Below the pieces are notes generated by a model. It searched no databases. It worked only from the letters and a program-made list of their open reading frames with translations, and was not told the origin of the DNA. From an uncultured Pseudomonadales bacterium (GTDB lineage Bacteria > Patescibacteriota > Microgenomatia > UBA1400 > PJMF01): DNA of 64,000 bases. Shown here piece by piece: positions 37,063 to 46,524 of the stretch (position 1 is the first letter of the stretch; the number at the start of each line of letters is the position of its first letter). The stretch covers positions 41,202 through 105,201 of the forward strand of contig CAYUQY010000001.1 of the NCBI GenBank assembly GCA_964447075.1, given 5' to 3'. The translations under genes and the position numbers were made by a program.

Positions 37063-38913
37063 ATGTGTGGCATTTACTCTGTTATCGGATCTACGACTCC
37101 TCAGCAGAAAGTTTTTGCAGGACTTAAGAGGCTTGAGTATCGCGGTTATGACTCTTGGGGTGTGGCTTGGATTGACAGCTCAGGCTCAAAAATAGAAATT
37201 GAGAAGCAGGTGGGGAAATTACCTGCAACCGCTTCATTTCCAGATTCAAGCAAGGACAGCAGGTCATCCATTAGCAATCCTTCACTATTAAGTTCAATGC
37301 ATCAAGTCAGCATTGGTCACACCCGTTGGGCTACACACGGCGGAGTTACCCAGGTTAACGCTCATCCTCATCTATCTTCAGATGGCAAATTTGCACTGGT
37401 GCAGAATGGTGTGGTAGAAAACATGAGCGAGCTCAAAACTTCGCTCTTAAAAGATGGTTTTAAATTTATTTCTCAAACTGATACAGAAGTCATAGTCAGG
37501 TTGATCGAAAGAGAGTTAAAGAAACATAACCTAACTCAATTAACCTACGAAATTTTGTTGTCAGTCTTTAGACAACTTGCAGGCAGAAATACCATCGCAG
37601 TCTTGACTAACACTGGTGAAGTCTTTGCCATACGCGACGGTTCACCATTAATAGTGGGAAGAAACAAAGGTAGGTTCGTCATTTCCTCAGACGTATTATC
37701 GATGCAAAGTAATGTGCAAGAGTTCGTTGCCTTAGAAAGTGGTGAAGGAGTAGCCCTAAGTTTTAGTAAATCTAAATCAAGATGGCAGCTAGCCTCTTAT
37801 GATTTAAGTGGTCTAGAAAAGAAAACCATTAGCTGGCAAAAAGTAGAAGTAACGGCAGACAACAAAATAGACAAGGGCGGCTTTGATCACTTCATGCTCA
37901 AAGAAATTATGGAGCAGCCTACAACTCTGAAGTCTACCGCAGTTCAGGATGAAGCGGAGTTGAAGAAGGCCCTTAAAATTATCAAACAGTCACGAGTAGT
38001 CTACTGTTTGGGTTCAGGTGGAGCTAGTTACTCAGCTTCAGAAATAGCCTACTTATTGAGGAAGTTAGGCGTTATGTCGGTAGAGCTGCAAGCTTGTGAA
38101 GCCCTGACATTTAAAAAGTTATGGTCTGATAAAGATGTTGCAATCGTGATTAGTCAGAGTGGTGAGTCTGCAGATACTTTAGAAGTCGTCGAGTGGATGA
38201 AGTCTTCAGGTATGCAGATCATTACTTTGGTAAATATGTCTGGCTCATCAATTGCAAGATTGGGCGACACAAACTTTCCCTTAGGTGTTGGGCCAGAGAT
38301 CGCTGTAGCTAGTACGAAGGCTATGTCAGGCCAGATAGTTTGGGGCTTACTAGTCGCCCAATTATTTAATGGCTTAAAGCTGGAAGAATTTAAAGAGAAA
38401 TTAAATGTTTTTAGTTACAGTTTAAGCATCTGGTTAAATGATCAATCAGTTTTAATTCAACTCAAGAAAATAGCAAGTGATTTAGCAAAAATAGATCACT
38501 CTTTCGTTTTAGGTAAAGGTGAGTTGTTGCCAAGTGCTAAAGAGTTTGCACTAAAGCTGAAAGAAATTGCCTACCTTCACGCAGAAGCTTTTTCAGCCGG
38601 TGAGCTGAAGCATGGACCAATTGCTTTGATCGATAAAAAATCGGTCGTTTTTTGTTTAGTTGCCCAGGATGAACATCTCTCAGACGTGCTAAATGCGGCT
38701 GCACAAGTTAAGTCACGTGGGGCCAGAGTTATAGGCGTGGGATCGATCAATAGTGAGTACTTCGATGAGTGGATTAAAGTGCCAGGAGATCTCCTTTTTG
38801 CTCCGATAGCTTGCTTTGTGCCAGCTCAGCTCCTCACGTACTATTTAGCTCTGCTCAAAGGGAACGATGCTGATAAGCCTAGGAACTTGGCTAAGAGCGT
38901 GACGGTGAAGTGA
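37063..38913 (+). CDS. glmS: Glutamine--fructose-6-phosphate transaminase
   Basis: MCGI, LEYRGYDS, GHTRWATHG, SQSGESAD, ELKHGPIALI, PRNLAKSVTV. Confidence 0.98.
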   Translation: MCGIYSVIGSTTPQQKVFAGLKRLEYRGYDSWGVAWIDSSGSKIEIEKQVGKLPATASFPDSSKDSRSSISNPSLLSSMHQVSIGHTRWATHGGVTQVNAHPHLSSDGKFALVQNGVVENMSELKTSLLKDGFKFISQTDTEVIVRLIERELKKHNLTQLTYEILLSVFRQLAGRNTIAVLTNTGEVFAIRDGSPLIVGRNKGRFVISSDVLSMQSNVQEFVALESGEGVALSFSKSKSRWQLASYDLSGLEKKTISWQKVEVTADNKIDKGGFDHFMLKEIMEQPTTLKSTAVQDEAELKKALKIIKQSRVVYCLGSGGASYSASEIAYLLRKLGVMSVELQACEALTFKKLWSDKDVAIVISQSGESADTLEVVEWMKSSGMQIITLVNMSGSSIARLGDTNFPLGVGPEIAVASTKAMSGQIVWGLLVAQLFNGLKLEEFKEKLNVFSYSLSIWLNDQSVLIQLKKIASDLAKIDHSFVLGKGELLPSAKEFALKLKEIAYLHAEAFSAGELKHGPIALIDKKSVVFCLVAQDEHLSDVLNAAAQVKSRGARVIGVGSINSEYFDEWIKVPGDLLFAPIACFVPAQLLTYYLALLKGNDADKPRNLAKSVTVK

Positions 38914-38946
38914 AGCTACCCCCTTGTGGGATAGAGGTAGAAAGTG

Positions 38947-39017
38947 AGGCGCGGATGGGAGTCGAACCCATCTAAAAGGTTTTGCAGACCTCTCTATAAC
39001 CGCTTTAGTACCGCGCC
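38947..39017 (-). tRNA. tRNA-Cys(GCA), no encoded CCA
   Basis: Minus strand GGCGCGG...GAGGT-CTGCAAA-ACCTT...GGTTCGACTCC...CCGCGCCT. Confidence 0.93.
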
Positions 39018-39064
39018 ATTACCAGCTTTCATCTGGATTTGCTTTGCCATGATATCATAAGCAC

Positions 39065-40000
39065 ATGTCAAAATTGATAACATTTTTCCGTACTTTAGTT
39101 AATTCTTTCCTTCCCAAGTACTATGCCGATGTCTACAAGGCTAAGTTTTCTTTCTCTTTTAAGTATTTTCTAGTTTTTCATATCTTGATAGCTCTGATTA
39201 CCACTGTCACAGTCTTGATTCCAGTTGTTAACTTTAATCCAGAAAGTTATCTAGATGAAGTGGTAGAGCAGATCCCAAAAAATCTTAAGTTCGAGCTGAC
39301 AGATGGAGTTCTGAGTCTTAATAGACCACTACCCTACAGCATTCCAATTCCTGAGGGTGATGACGGCAGTTATGGCAAGAGAAATGTTGAGAATGTAGTG
39401 ACATTTGTGAAGGACGAAGATTTTAAAGGTGTAGCTGAGTTCAATAACTTCAAGTCGATGATCGTGGTGACAGAGACTGCAGTTTACGCCATGAAGGCGA
39501 CAAAAAGTAATGAAGTTAGAGCATACGCCTTCCCGATTCAAGATGAGTCTATTGTTCTTAGTACAGATGATGTTCCTAGAATACAGTCCCTCATACTTAC
39601 CCACCCCATCGTAGCTCAAAAGTGGTACATCCCTCTAATCGGTGCAGCAGTTTTCATCTTAGTTTATGTTGGAGCTCTAGCTTGGCATCTCCTGACTTTA
39701 GTATTTTTCTCCATTTTGAGTTGGCTGATTTTGAAGTTAGTCAAATCTTCAGCCGAAGGTCTAGAAATGGGCTTTTCCAAGACTTTCCAGTTTGGCATGC
39801 ACTTGACCACTGGACTCTGGATTATCGACTACGTTTTGACATTTGTTGGACTATCTATAAGTGGCATCCCCTATCTGTTGGCATTCATGGCAAGTATGGT
39901 GATGGTGAGTATCACTGCAGGTAAAGAGCTCAAGATGATCGCAGTTGCTCCTTCAAGCTCCATACTTCACTTAGAGACTGGTAAGGGTAGTTCTAAATAA
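39065..40000 (+). CDS. DUF1189-like membrane protein
   Basis: P.YY..V.K..F..SFKYF N-terminus, soluble loop, 4 C-terminal TMs. Confidence 0.65.
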   Translation: MSKLITFFRTLVNSFLPKYYADVYKAKFSFSFKYFLVFHILIALITTVTVLIPVVNFNPESYLDEVVEQIPKNLKFELTDGVLSLNRPLPYSIPIPEGDDGSYGKRNVENVVTFVKDEDFKGVAEFNNFKSMIVVTETAVYAMKATKSNEVRAYAFPIQDESIVLSTDDVPRIQSLILTHPIVAQKWYIPLIGAAVFILVYVGALAWHLLTLVFFSILSWLILKLVKSSAEGLEMGFSKTFQFGMHLTTGLWIIDYVLTFVGLSISGIPYLLAFMASMVMVSITAGKELKMIAVAPSSSILHLETGKGSSK

Positions 40001-40020
40001 GAATTTAAGGAGTTAAATAT

Positions 40021-41934
40021 ATGACAGGTATACTTCTTTTACTTTTCTTAGCCTGGATTTTGTATCTTATTTTTGGTCGTAAAACTGCCCCCTCTCCAAT
40101 GGTGGCGGGAACGGTGACTCCAGTAAGGGAAGTACCTGCCGAACCAATCATCTACCCTCATTTGTTTTGGGTTTCTCTTGTCGCTACTCTGATTGCCTGG
40201 AATGTGTTTCTCTACGACACATTACCACTTATTGGTATTACTGGCTTTGCGGTGATCATGATATTGAGCATGCTCCTCTCTTTTGAGAAGCAGCGACGCA
40301 CTCCTCTGGTACTAGCCACTGCAGCAATCGCCTTAATAGCAGCTGTCGGAGTTGGCTTTAGAGCCAATGGTTTTGTCCAAAGTGTCAATATAGTCACGAT
40401 AGTTTTATGCTCATTATTGCTATCTTTTCTGCGATCTAGCAATCTTTTTGAGGCTAGATTCTTCTGGTTATTTAAGAACTTTATAAGTATGATCGGAAAG
40501 TTTTTCTCACATGTAATCAATCTTTTCGCTCAGCACAAGATTGCTGGCAAAGAGCAGAAGTGGTCGGTGGGATCTCTGATCAAAACTGTAGCTATCACGG
40601 TGGTAGTCTTACTTTTCTTCGTCGGCTTACTCTCATCTGCCGATCCTGTTTTCTCTAAGTTGGTCGAAGAGTTTCGAGAGCAGATCATGGGTCGAGCCAT
40701 TCTGACCATCATTCTAGCTATCATCACTGCTGCAGCACTTACCCTTCAGCTCAAAACTCGAAAAGACGACGAGTACAAGTTTGGTTTCTTAAGGTATCAA
40801 GACTTGATAGTGCCGACAGTGGCTGTAGTAGTTCTTTTCGGTGTCTTTCTCTTTGTCCAAGCTAAGTACTTATTTGGTGGTCAAGCAGACTTTGCTGCCT
40901 TTAACATCAGCTACTCTGAGTATGTCACCAAAGGCTTTATGGAGCTGCTTACTGTGGCCCTTTTTGGAGGATTGCTCTCGTACTTAGTCATACTTAAGAA
41001 TCGTGAGGTCAGTGATGACTCCAAGATGAAAACTTTGCTTTCTGTCAATGGTATCTTGATTTTTGAGCTCATGTGTATGCTGGGCTCAGCTTTAAAAAGA
41101 GATCTGATGTATGTCGACACATACGGACTCACTCGTGTTCGAATTATCGGAGGAATTTTTCTACTTTGGTTAGCTACATTATTGGTTCTACTCTTCTTGC
41201 TTAACCTCAAGAAGTTGATGCAGGAGAAAGTTCTCCTGACCGGTATGTTTGCGGCCAGCGTGGTAGTTGTACTTTTTCTCAATGTTGTAAATGTAGACGC
41301 CCTAGTTGTGCGAGGAGCTCCTGGACATCATGAGTACACTGATTATTTTTACATCAATAACTTATCCTCAGATGCAGTCTCGGGGTGGTCTGACAGCATC
41401 TCTCAGATAGAAACTCAATTCACCACACTGAAGATGAAAGGCTCATCACTAAGTGATAAAGAAAAGTCCCAGTTGGCAGGCCTAAAGTTGGCAGCTATCT
41501 CACTTCAAGAGATGAGAAATAAGCTGGATACAAAGTATAATTCTGATATTAGATACGTCATCTCTACTTACTACCCAGCAGATTTAGCTACATACGATAA
41601 GACTAAAATCTTGTCAAAAATAGCTTATAGCACCGGCCCTCTTGAAAAAATCAGGAGTTGGCAGGCCTGGAACTGGAGCGAGTCGAATGCATACTCTCAA
41701 ATAAACGGTAATCGATCTCTTTACTTCACCACTCTCGACCGCTTGGTGCAAGAAATTAAAGCCAGTCAATACAACTTTAGGTTGGACCTGTCAAAGGAAG
41801 AGAGGCGACTGCTCTATGACTTTTCCTATCCTTTCTTGTCTATTGACTCACGCTACTATCCACAAAGCCTAAGTGATGTAGATAGAGAGATTCAAAATCC
41901 GGCTAGACCTGGACAACTGCAGTACAGATACTAG
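40021..41934 (+). CDS. DUF4153/DUF4173 family membrane protein
   Basis: LLSSADPVF, VQAKYLFGG, YSEYVTKGFMEL, YVDTYGLTRVR, LSSDAV. Confidence 0.8.
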   Translation: MTGILLLLFLAWILYLIFGRKTAPSPMVAGTVTPVREVPAEPIIYPHLFWVSLVATLIAWNVFLYDTLPLIGITGFAVIMILSMLLSFEKQRRTPLVLATAAIALIAAVGVGFRANGFVQSVNIVTIVLCSLLLSFLRSSNLFEARFFWLFKNFISMIGKFFSHVINLFAQHKIAGKEQKWSVGSLIKTVAITVVVLLFFVGLLSSADPVFSKLVEEFREQIMGRAILTIILAIITAAALTLQLKTRKDDEYKFGFLRYQDLIVPTVAVVVLFGVFLFVQAKYLFGGQADFAAFNISYSEYVTKGFMELLTVALFGGLLSYLVILKNREVSDDSKMKTLLSVNGILIFELMCMLGSALKRDLMYVDTYGLTRVRIIGGIFLLWLATLLVLLFLLNLKKLMQEKVLLTGMFAASVVVVLFLNVVNVDALVVRGAPGHHEYTDYFYINNLSSDAVSGWSDSISQIETQFTTLKMKGSSLSDKEKSQLAGLKLAAISLQEMRNKLDTKYNSDIRYVISTYYPADLATYDKTKILSKIAYSTGPLEKIRSWQAWNWSESNAYSQINGNRSLYFTTLDRLVQEIKASQYNFRLDLSKEERRLLYDFSYPFLSIDSRYYPQSLSDVDREIQNPARPGQLQYRY

Positions 41935-42010
41935 TTACTAGTCCCAATTCTCTTAGTCTTGATTTCTATCTCTGGCGCATACTGCTAATTAGTTTCTGAT
42001 CGGCCACACC

Positions 42011-43183
42011 ATGCTAGGCACTTACTATATTCATACTTTTGGTTGCCAATCTAACAAGAGTGACTCAGAACGAGTGGCTGGTGACTATGAAGCTCGTGGA
42101 TTTTCTCTAGCTACTGATTGGCGTACGACCGATGAACTTGTGGTTAATACTTGTGCTGTCAAAAAATCAGCTGAAGATAGTGCTCGCAGCTTCTTACATA
42201 ACGTGACCGTACACTTCAACTCCCTAGGTCAGAAGCGCCCTAAAATTATCTTGACTGGCTGTATGACTCATCACGGCAATCAACAGCTACTTAAGATGCT
42301 GCCTATGGTAGATGAAATTCTACCGATCAATGAAGTGGGTTTTAACTTAACAGCGGTAAGAAGAGATAGCTTGACCAAATCTGGTAAAAAGCACGCTTGG
42401 ATTCCAATTTCGATGGGCTGTAACTCGTTTTGTACTTTCTGTATCGTGCCTTACTCGCGCGGTCGTGAGCAGTCCAGGTCACAAGATGAAATTCTTTCTG
42501 AAGTAGAGTCTTTGATAAAAGATGGCTTTAGCGAAGTGACGCTGCTAGGTATGAACGTGAACTCATGGGGTTTAGAAAAGGTCGGAATTGGTTTTCGCAA
42601 GCTTATGATGGAGAGACCTGAATTTGGCAGAGATGAGCTGCCTGCCAACCAATCTCAGTATTTGACATCTACTGGAACTCCACCCTTTGTCCGCTTGCTT
42701 CAAGCAATTTCTTCATATCCAGAGATCACAAAGATTCGGTTCATGACAAGCAATCCATGGGACTTTCATGATGAGCTGATAGCAGAGATAGGTAAAAATA
42801 CCAAGATAGATAGATTTGTACATTTGCCAGTGCAGTCTGGAAGTAACTCAGTTCTGTATCGTATGAATCGTGGCTATACACGCGAGAGATACTTAGAGGT
42901 TCTGAGAAAATTGCGACAAGTGGATGAAAAAATTGTGATCGGTACAGATATTATTGTCGGTTTTCCAGGCGAGAGTGAGGAGGAGTTCGCAGACACAGTC
43001 TCTTTGGCTCAGGAAGCAGGATGGCGCTTGGGGTTTGTGTCGATGTACTCTCCCCGTCCAGGAACTGCCAGTTGGCGTATCTATCCTGACGATATTCCTC
43101 ATGTGGTCAAAAAAAGGCGTTGGCAAATTTTGGATAAATTGATAAATAAAGATAACTTACACAGAAGACCACTGGTGGTTTAG
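42011..43183 (+). CDS. miaB: tRNA methylthiotransferase MiaB-like (no TRAM domain)
   Basis: TFGCQSN, CNSFCTFC radical-SAM motif, HLPVQSGS, TDIIVGFPGE, YSPRPGT; abuts miaA. Confidence 0.88.
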   Translation: MLGTYYIHTFGCQSNKSDSERVAGDYEARGFSLATDWRTTDELVVNTCAVKKSAEDSARSFLHNVTVHFNSLGQKRPKIILTGCMTHHGNQQLLKMLPMVDEILPINEVGFNLTAVRRDSLTKSGKKHAWIPISMGCNSFCTFCIVPYSRGREQSRSQDEILSEVESLIKDGFSEVTLLGMNVNSWGLEKVGIGFRKLMMERPEFGRDELPANQSQYLTSTGTPPFVRLLQAISSYPEITKIRFMTSNPWDFHDELIAEIGKNTKIDRFVHLPVQSGSNSVLYRMNRGYTRERYLEVLRKLRQVDEKIVIGTDIIVGFPGESEEEFADTVSLAQEAGWRLGFVSMYSPRPGTASWRIYPDDIPHVVKKRRWQILDKLINKDNLHRRPLVV

Positions 43184-44152
43184 ATGAAAGAAACTAACAC
43201 TACAGCACAAAAGCTACTTATCTCCATAGTGGGTCCCACCGCAACTGGCAAAACATCATTTGCTCTTCAGCTTTGTCGTGAGCTCATGACAAAAAAAAAG
43301 TTTTCAGGATTTGACCTCATTTCAGCTGACTCACGTCAAGTCTATAGTGGTATGGAGATTGTGACTGGAGCTACAGACAACCAGTTGGGAGATGATGGAT
43401 TTATAAGGATCTTTGGTATATCGATGGTTAAACCAGATGAAGAGTGGTCAGTAGCTCATTTTCAACAGTATGCCCTGCCTCTCCTGGAAAATTCTTGGGC
43501 TCAGGGTCGACTGCCAATCGTGGTTGGCGGGACTGGCCTTTATCATCAATGTCTAGTCAACAAAGACCCACAGCTGCGCGTGGCTCCAAATCTTATTTTA
43601 CGTCAAGAAGTATCTAAGATGACTCTCTTAGAGCTACAGAATAAGTTGAAATCCAAAGCTGAACAGAAGTGGTTAAAACTAAATTCATCCGATCGATCCA
43701 ATCCTAGGCGACTGATTAGAGCTATTGAGATTTTTGAGGCAAATCTGGAGAGTAAATCGGAAATTTTGGGAAGCTCGGCATCGAGCTTTGAGTCGATCTC
43801 TCAGATTATAATTGGTTTAACAGACTTGCTCGAAAGCATAGCCAATAAAATTAAATCTAGGGTGAATGAGAGACTTCAGCAAGGAGCAGTTGAAGAAGTA
43901 AAAAAGCTGAAATTAAAGTACGGTGTAGCTGATTTTCCAGCCTTTTCTGCCACAGGGTTTAAAGAGATTTCTCAATGGATGGAGGGAAAAGTCAGTGAAG
44001 ATGAGATGAAGAAGTTGTGGAGTACGCGCGAGCTGCAGTACGCCAAACGCCAGCTCACCTGGTGGCGCCAGGACGATAAAATCAAGTGGTGGAGTGTGAG
44101 TTCTCCAGGATGGGATCGAGAAGCAATAGACAGTCTCTTGCGACTACTCTAG
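43184..44152 (+). CDS. miaA: tRNA dimethylallyltransferase
   Basis: GPTATGKT, ISADSRQVY, VGGTGLY, YAKRQLTW. Confidence 0.95.
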   Translation: MKETNTTAQKLLISIVGPTATGKTSFALQLCRELMTKKKFSGFDLISADSRQVYSGMEIVTGATDNQLGDDGFIRIFGISMVKPDEEWSVAHFQQYALPLLENSWAQGRLPIVVGGTGLYHQCLVNKDPQLRVAPNLILRQEVSKMTLLELQNKLKSKAEQKWLKLNSSDRSNPRRLIRAIEIFEANLESKSEILGSSASSFESISQIIIGLTDLLESIANKIKSRVNERLQQGAVEEVKKLKLKYGVADFPAFSATGFKEISQWMEGKVSEDEMKKLWSTRELQYAKRQLTWWRQDDKIKWWSVSSPGWDREAIDSLLRLL

Positions 44153-44282
44153 ATATAGTTTACTGCAGATTACCAAGATGGAGCTGCTAAGACAATTGAA
44201 CAAAAAGTGCGCACAAAGATGATGGTGATTTTAAAAAAGCTCTTGTATACTACATGTATCTATTTAAAAATAAAGAAATTAG

Positions 44283-45299
44283 ATGTCAAAATCACCTACA
44301 ATCTCAGTCTCCTTTCAGTTAAAGAACCTTTTGTTTTTGTTTGGTGTGGCCATGGTAATGGTTGTGATGTTTCAGCTATCTGAAGTGATGGTGACACTAT
44401 TCTTGGCTGTATTAGTGATGTCAGCAATTGCTCCAGGAGTTCACTGGATGCAAGACAAGCTCAGAGTCCCACGAATTGCAGCTATTTTATTCTCTTACTG
44501 TGGAATATTGGTTATGCTCTCGATAGTAATGGCTGTGATAGTGCCACCGCTTGTCAGAGAGTTTCCTAATTTAGTTACAGCTCTCAATCTACCTCCTATA
44601 CCTGAGAACTTGATGCAGATGAGATTTACACTTTCAGAAGTGGGTAACTTTGCTCAACAACTTTTTAACTCTCTTGGTACTTTGTTGACAGTGGTAACCT
44701 CAACTTTCAGTGGCATCTTAGCCTTTTTTACTGTCTTGGTGATGGCTAGTTATCTTATGCTTGATAAGGAGAGACTACACCTTAAGATAGCCTGGGTGAC
44801 AACTGATAAGATTCACTTCAGGATGGCAAAAGAGATTATTGATCAGACAGTTCTCCATCTTGGTGGTTGGGTGCGTGGTGAAGTCACACTTATGTTGATC
44901 ATCGGAGTGATGACCTACGTAGGTCTCACTCTTTTGGGAGTTCCTTATGCGCTACCACTCTCATTTTTGGCTGGCTCGCTTGAAATACTTCCCAATCTCG
45001 GTCCTACGATCTCAGCAGTACCAGCGATAGTGATAGCCTACTTAAGTATGGGACCTGGCATGGCAGCCTTGGTTTTTTTGATCTACATCTTGATCCAACA
45101 GCTTGAGAATCACGTAATTGTGCCCAAGATTATGCTGGACAATGTCGATGTCAATCCATTGACCACTATCATGGTAATTTTATCTGGCTTCAAGTTGGGT
45201 GGCATCATGGGAGCTTTGATAGCTGTGCCCTTTTATGTCACTTTACGAGTAGTGTACAGCGTCTGGCTACAAGAGCATCGCCGTACCTCCAGGGCGTAG
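44283..45299 (+). CDS. AI-2E family transporter
   Basis: Multi-TM; EILPNLGP, IQQLENHVIVPKI, GALIAVP. Confidence 0.9.
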   Translation: MSKSPTISVSFQLKNLLFLFGVAMVMVVMFQLSEVMVTLFLAVLVMSAIAPGVHWMQDKLRVPRIAAILFSYCGILVMLSIVMAVIVPPLVREFPNLVTALNLPPIPENLMQMRFTLSEVGNFAQQLFNSLGTLLTVVTSTFSGILAFFTVLVMASYLMLDKERLHLKIAWVTTDKIHFRMAKEIIDQTVLHLGGWVRGEVTLMLIIGVMTYVGLTLLGVPYALPLSFLAGSLEILPNLGPTISAVPAIVIAYLSMGPGMAALVFLIYILIQQLENHVIVPKIMLDNVDVNPLTTIMVILSGFKLGGIMGALIAVPFYVTLRVVYSVWLQEHRRTSRA

Positions 45300-45389
45300 C
45301 TTGAAGACTTGCCTTTTTATCCAGCTTTGCTTGATTGGTTAAGCTCCCTTATAGATTTTAGAGTTCAAAATAGGAGTATAATTACTTCT

Positions 45390-45759
45390 GGTCTCCGCTA
45401 GTGGTGATGGCCTCAGACTATGTCTGGGGAGGAAAGTCCGGACAGCAGCACAAAAGATGTCTCTTGAAAGAGAGAGACCGCGAGCCGTGAGGCGAGCGGG
45501 ACAGTGAGAGCAACAGTGACGAACGGGGTAGGCGCCCGGTGCAACGACGCAAGTCTTCATGGCGTATACACTAGAGTGCCGCAAGGTATTTTAGAACTTG
45601 GCAATCCTCTCTGCTGCAACTGACGAACTTCACCTTAATGGACATGTGCCCTTTCATGGTGATAAAGCTGCAGGCATTAGAGAAATCATCACCCTCGCAT
45701 TATTTGCTCGAAAGAGTGAAAAAATTTGAGAACAGAATCCGGCTTACACGGCGGGGACC
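45390..45759 (+). ncRNA. rnpB: RNase P RNA
   Basis: P1 GGTCTCCGC/GCGGGGACC, P2 GGTGATG/CATCACC, GAGGAAAGTCCGG and AACAGAATCCGGCTTA (P4). Confidence 0.95.
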
Positions 45760-45831
45760 GATAAAGTAGACTAGGCATTAGGTTTGGTGTATTCTATTTC
45801 TCATACTTAACCCTCTACAAAAAGGAGTGAT

Positions 45832-46524
45832 ATGAATCCAACTCTTGAATCATCTTCTCAACCTTGGTCACTGGGACTATTTTCAGCCTTTACTCAACTC
45901 TTGGACTACTTGCCGCAACTCTTTGGAGCGATCGTAATCTGGTTAGTTGGACTGGTGACAGCCAAAGTAGTTCGTAAAGTTGTAGTAGAAACATTATCCG
46001 CTCTCAAGCTCTCAGCGGCAATGGAAAAAACACCATTGGGTCTTTTTCTCAAAAATGCTGAGATTAAACAAAAAATTGAAGATATTTTGGGAAGCCTTGC
46101 TTATTGGTTGATACTACTTGTGTTCTCACATGCTGTTGTGTCACTTTTGGGTCTTGAGACGCTTACAGGAGTCTTCAATCGCATCTTTGATTACTTGCCA
46201 CACGTCTTTGCTGCCATGATTATCTTCATTTTTGGTGTAGTTATGGCAGGAGTAGTAGAGAGCTTGGTCAAGGGATCTCTTCATGAAGCTGGGGGTGGAC
46301 ATACAGGTAGGTTTTTCTCCAAGGTTGCTAGCTACATGGTGATAACTATCTCTTTACTTGCTGGAGTAGCTGAACTAGGCATAGCCAGCGAGTTTATTAG
46401 GATGCTTTTCGCTGGTGTGGTCTTTGCTTTTGCATCAGGTCTGGGATTAGCCTTTGGTTTGGGGGGTCAGGACACGGTCAAAAAAATGATGATCAAGTGG
46501 TATGACAAATCTAAAGCTAAATAG
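45832..46524 (+). CDS. MscS-associated TM-helix-repeat membrane protein (CmpX-like)
   Basis: Repeats YLPQLFGA / YLPHVFAA, GLAFGLGGQD. Confidence 0.8.
   Translation: MNPTLESSSQPWSLGLFSAFTQLLDYLPQLFGAIVIWLVGLVTAKVVRKVVVETLSALKLSAAMEKTPLGLFLKNAEIKQKIEDILGSLAYWLILLVFSHAVVSLLGLETLTGVFNRIFDYLPHVFAAMIIFIFGVVMAGVVESLVKGSLHEAGGGHTGRFFSKVASYMVITISLLAGVAELGIASEFIRMLFAGVVFAFASGLGLAFGLGGQDTVKKMMIKWYDKSKAK

Noticed and set aside
45339-45584. 81-aa ORF
   Set aside because: Antisense shadow of rnpB
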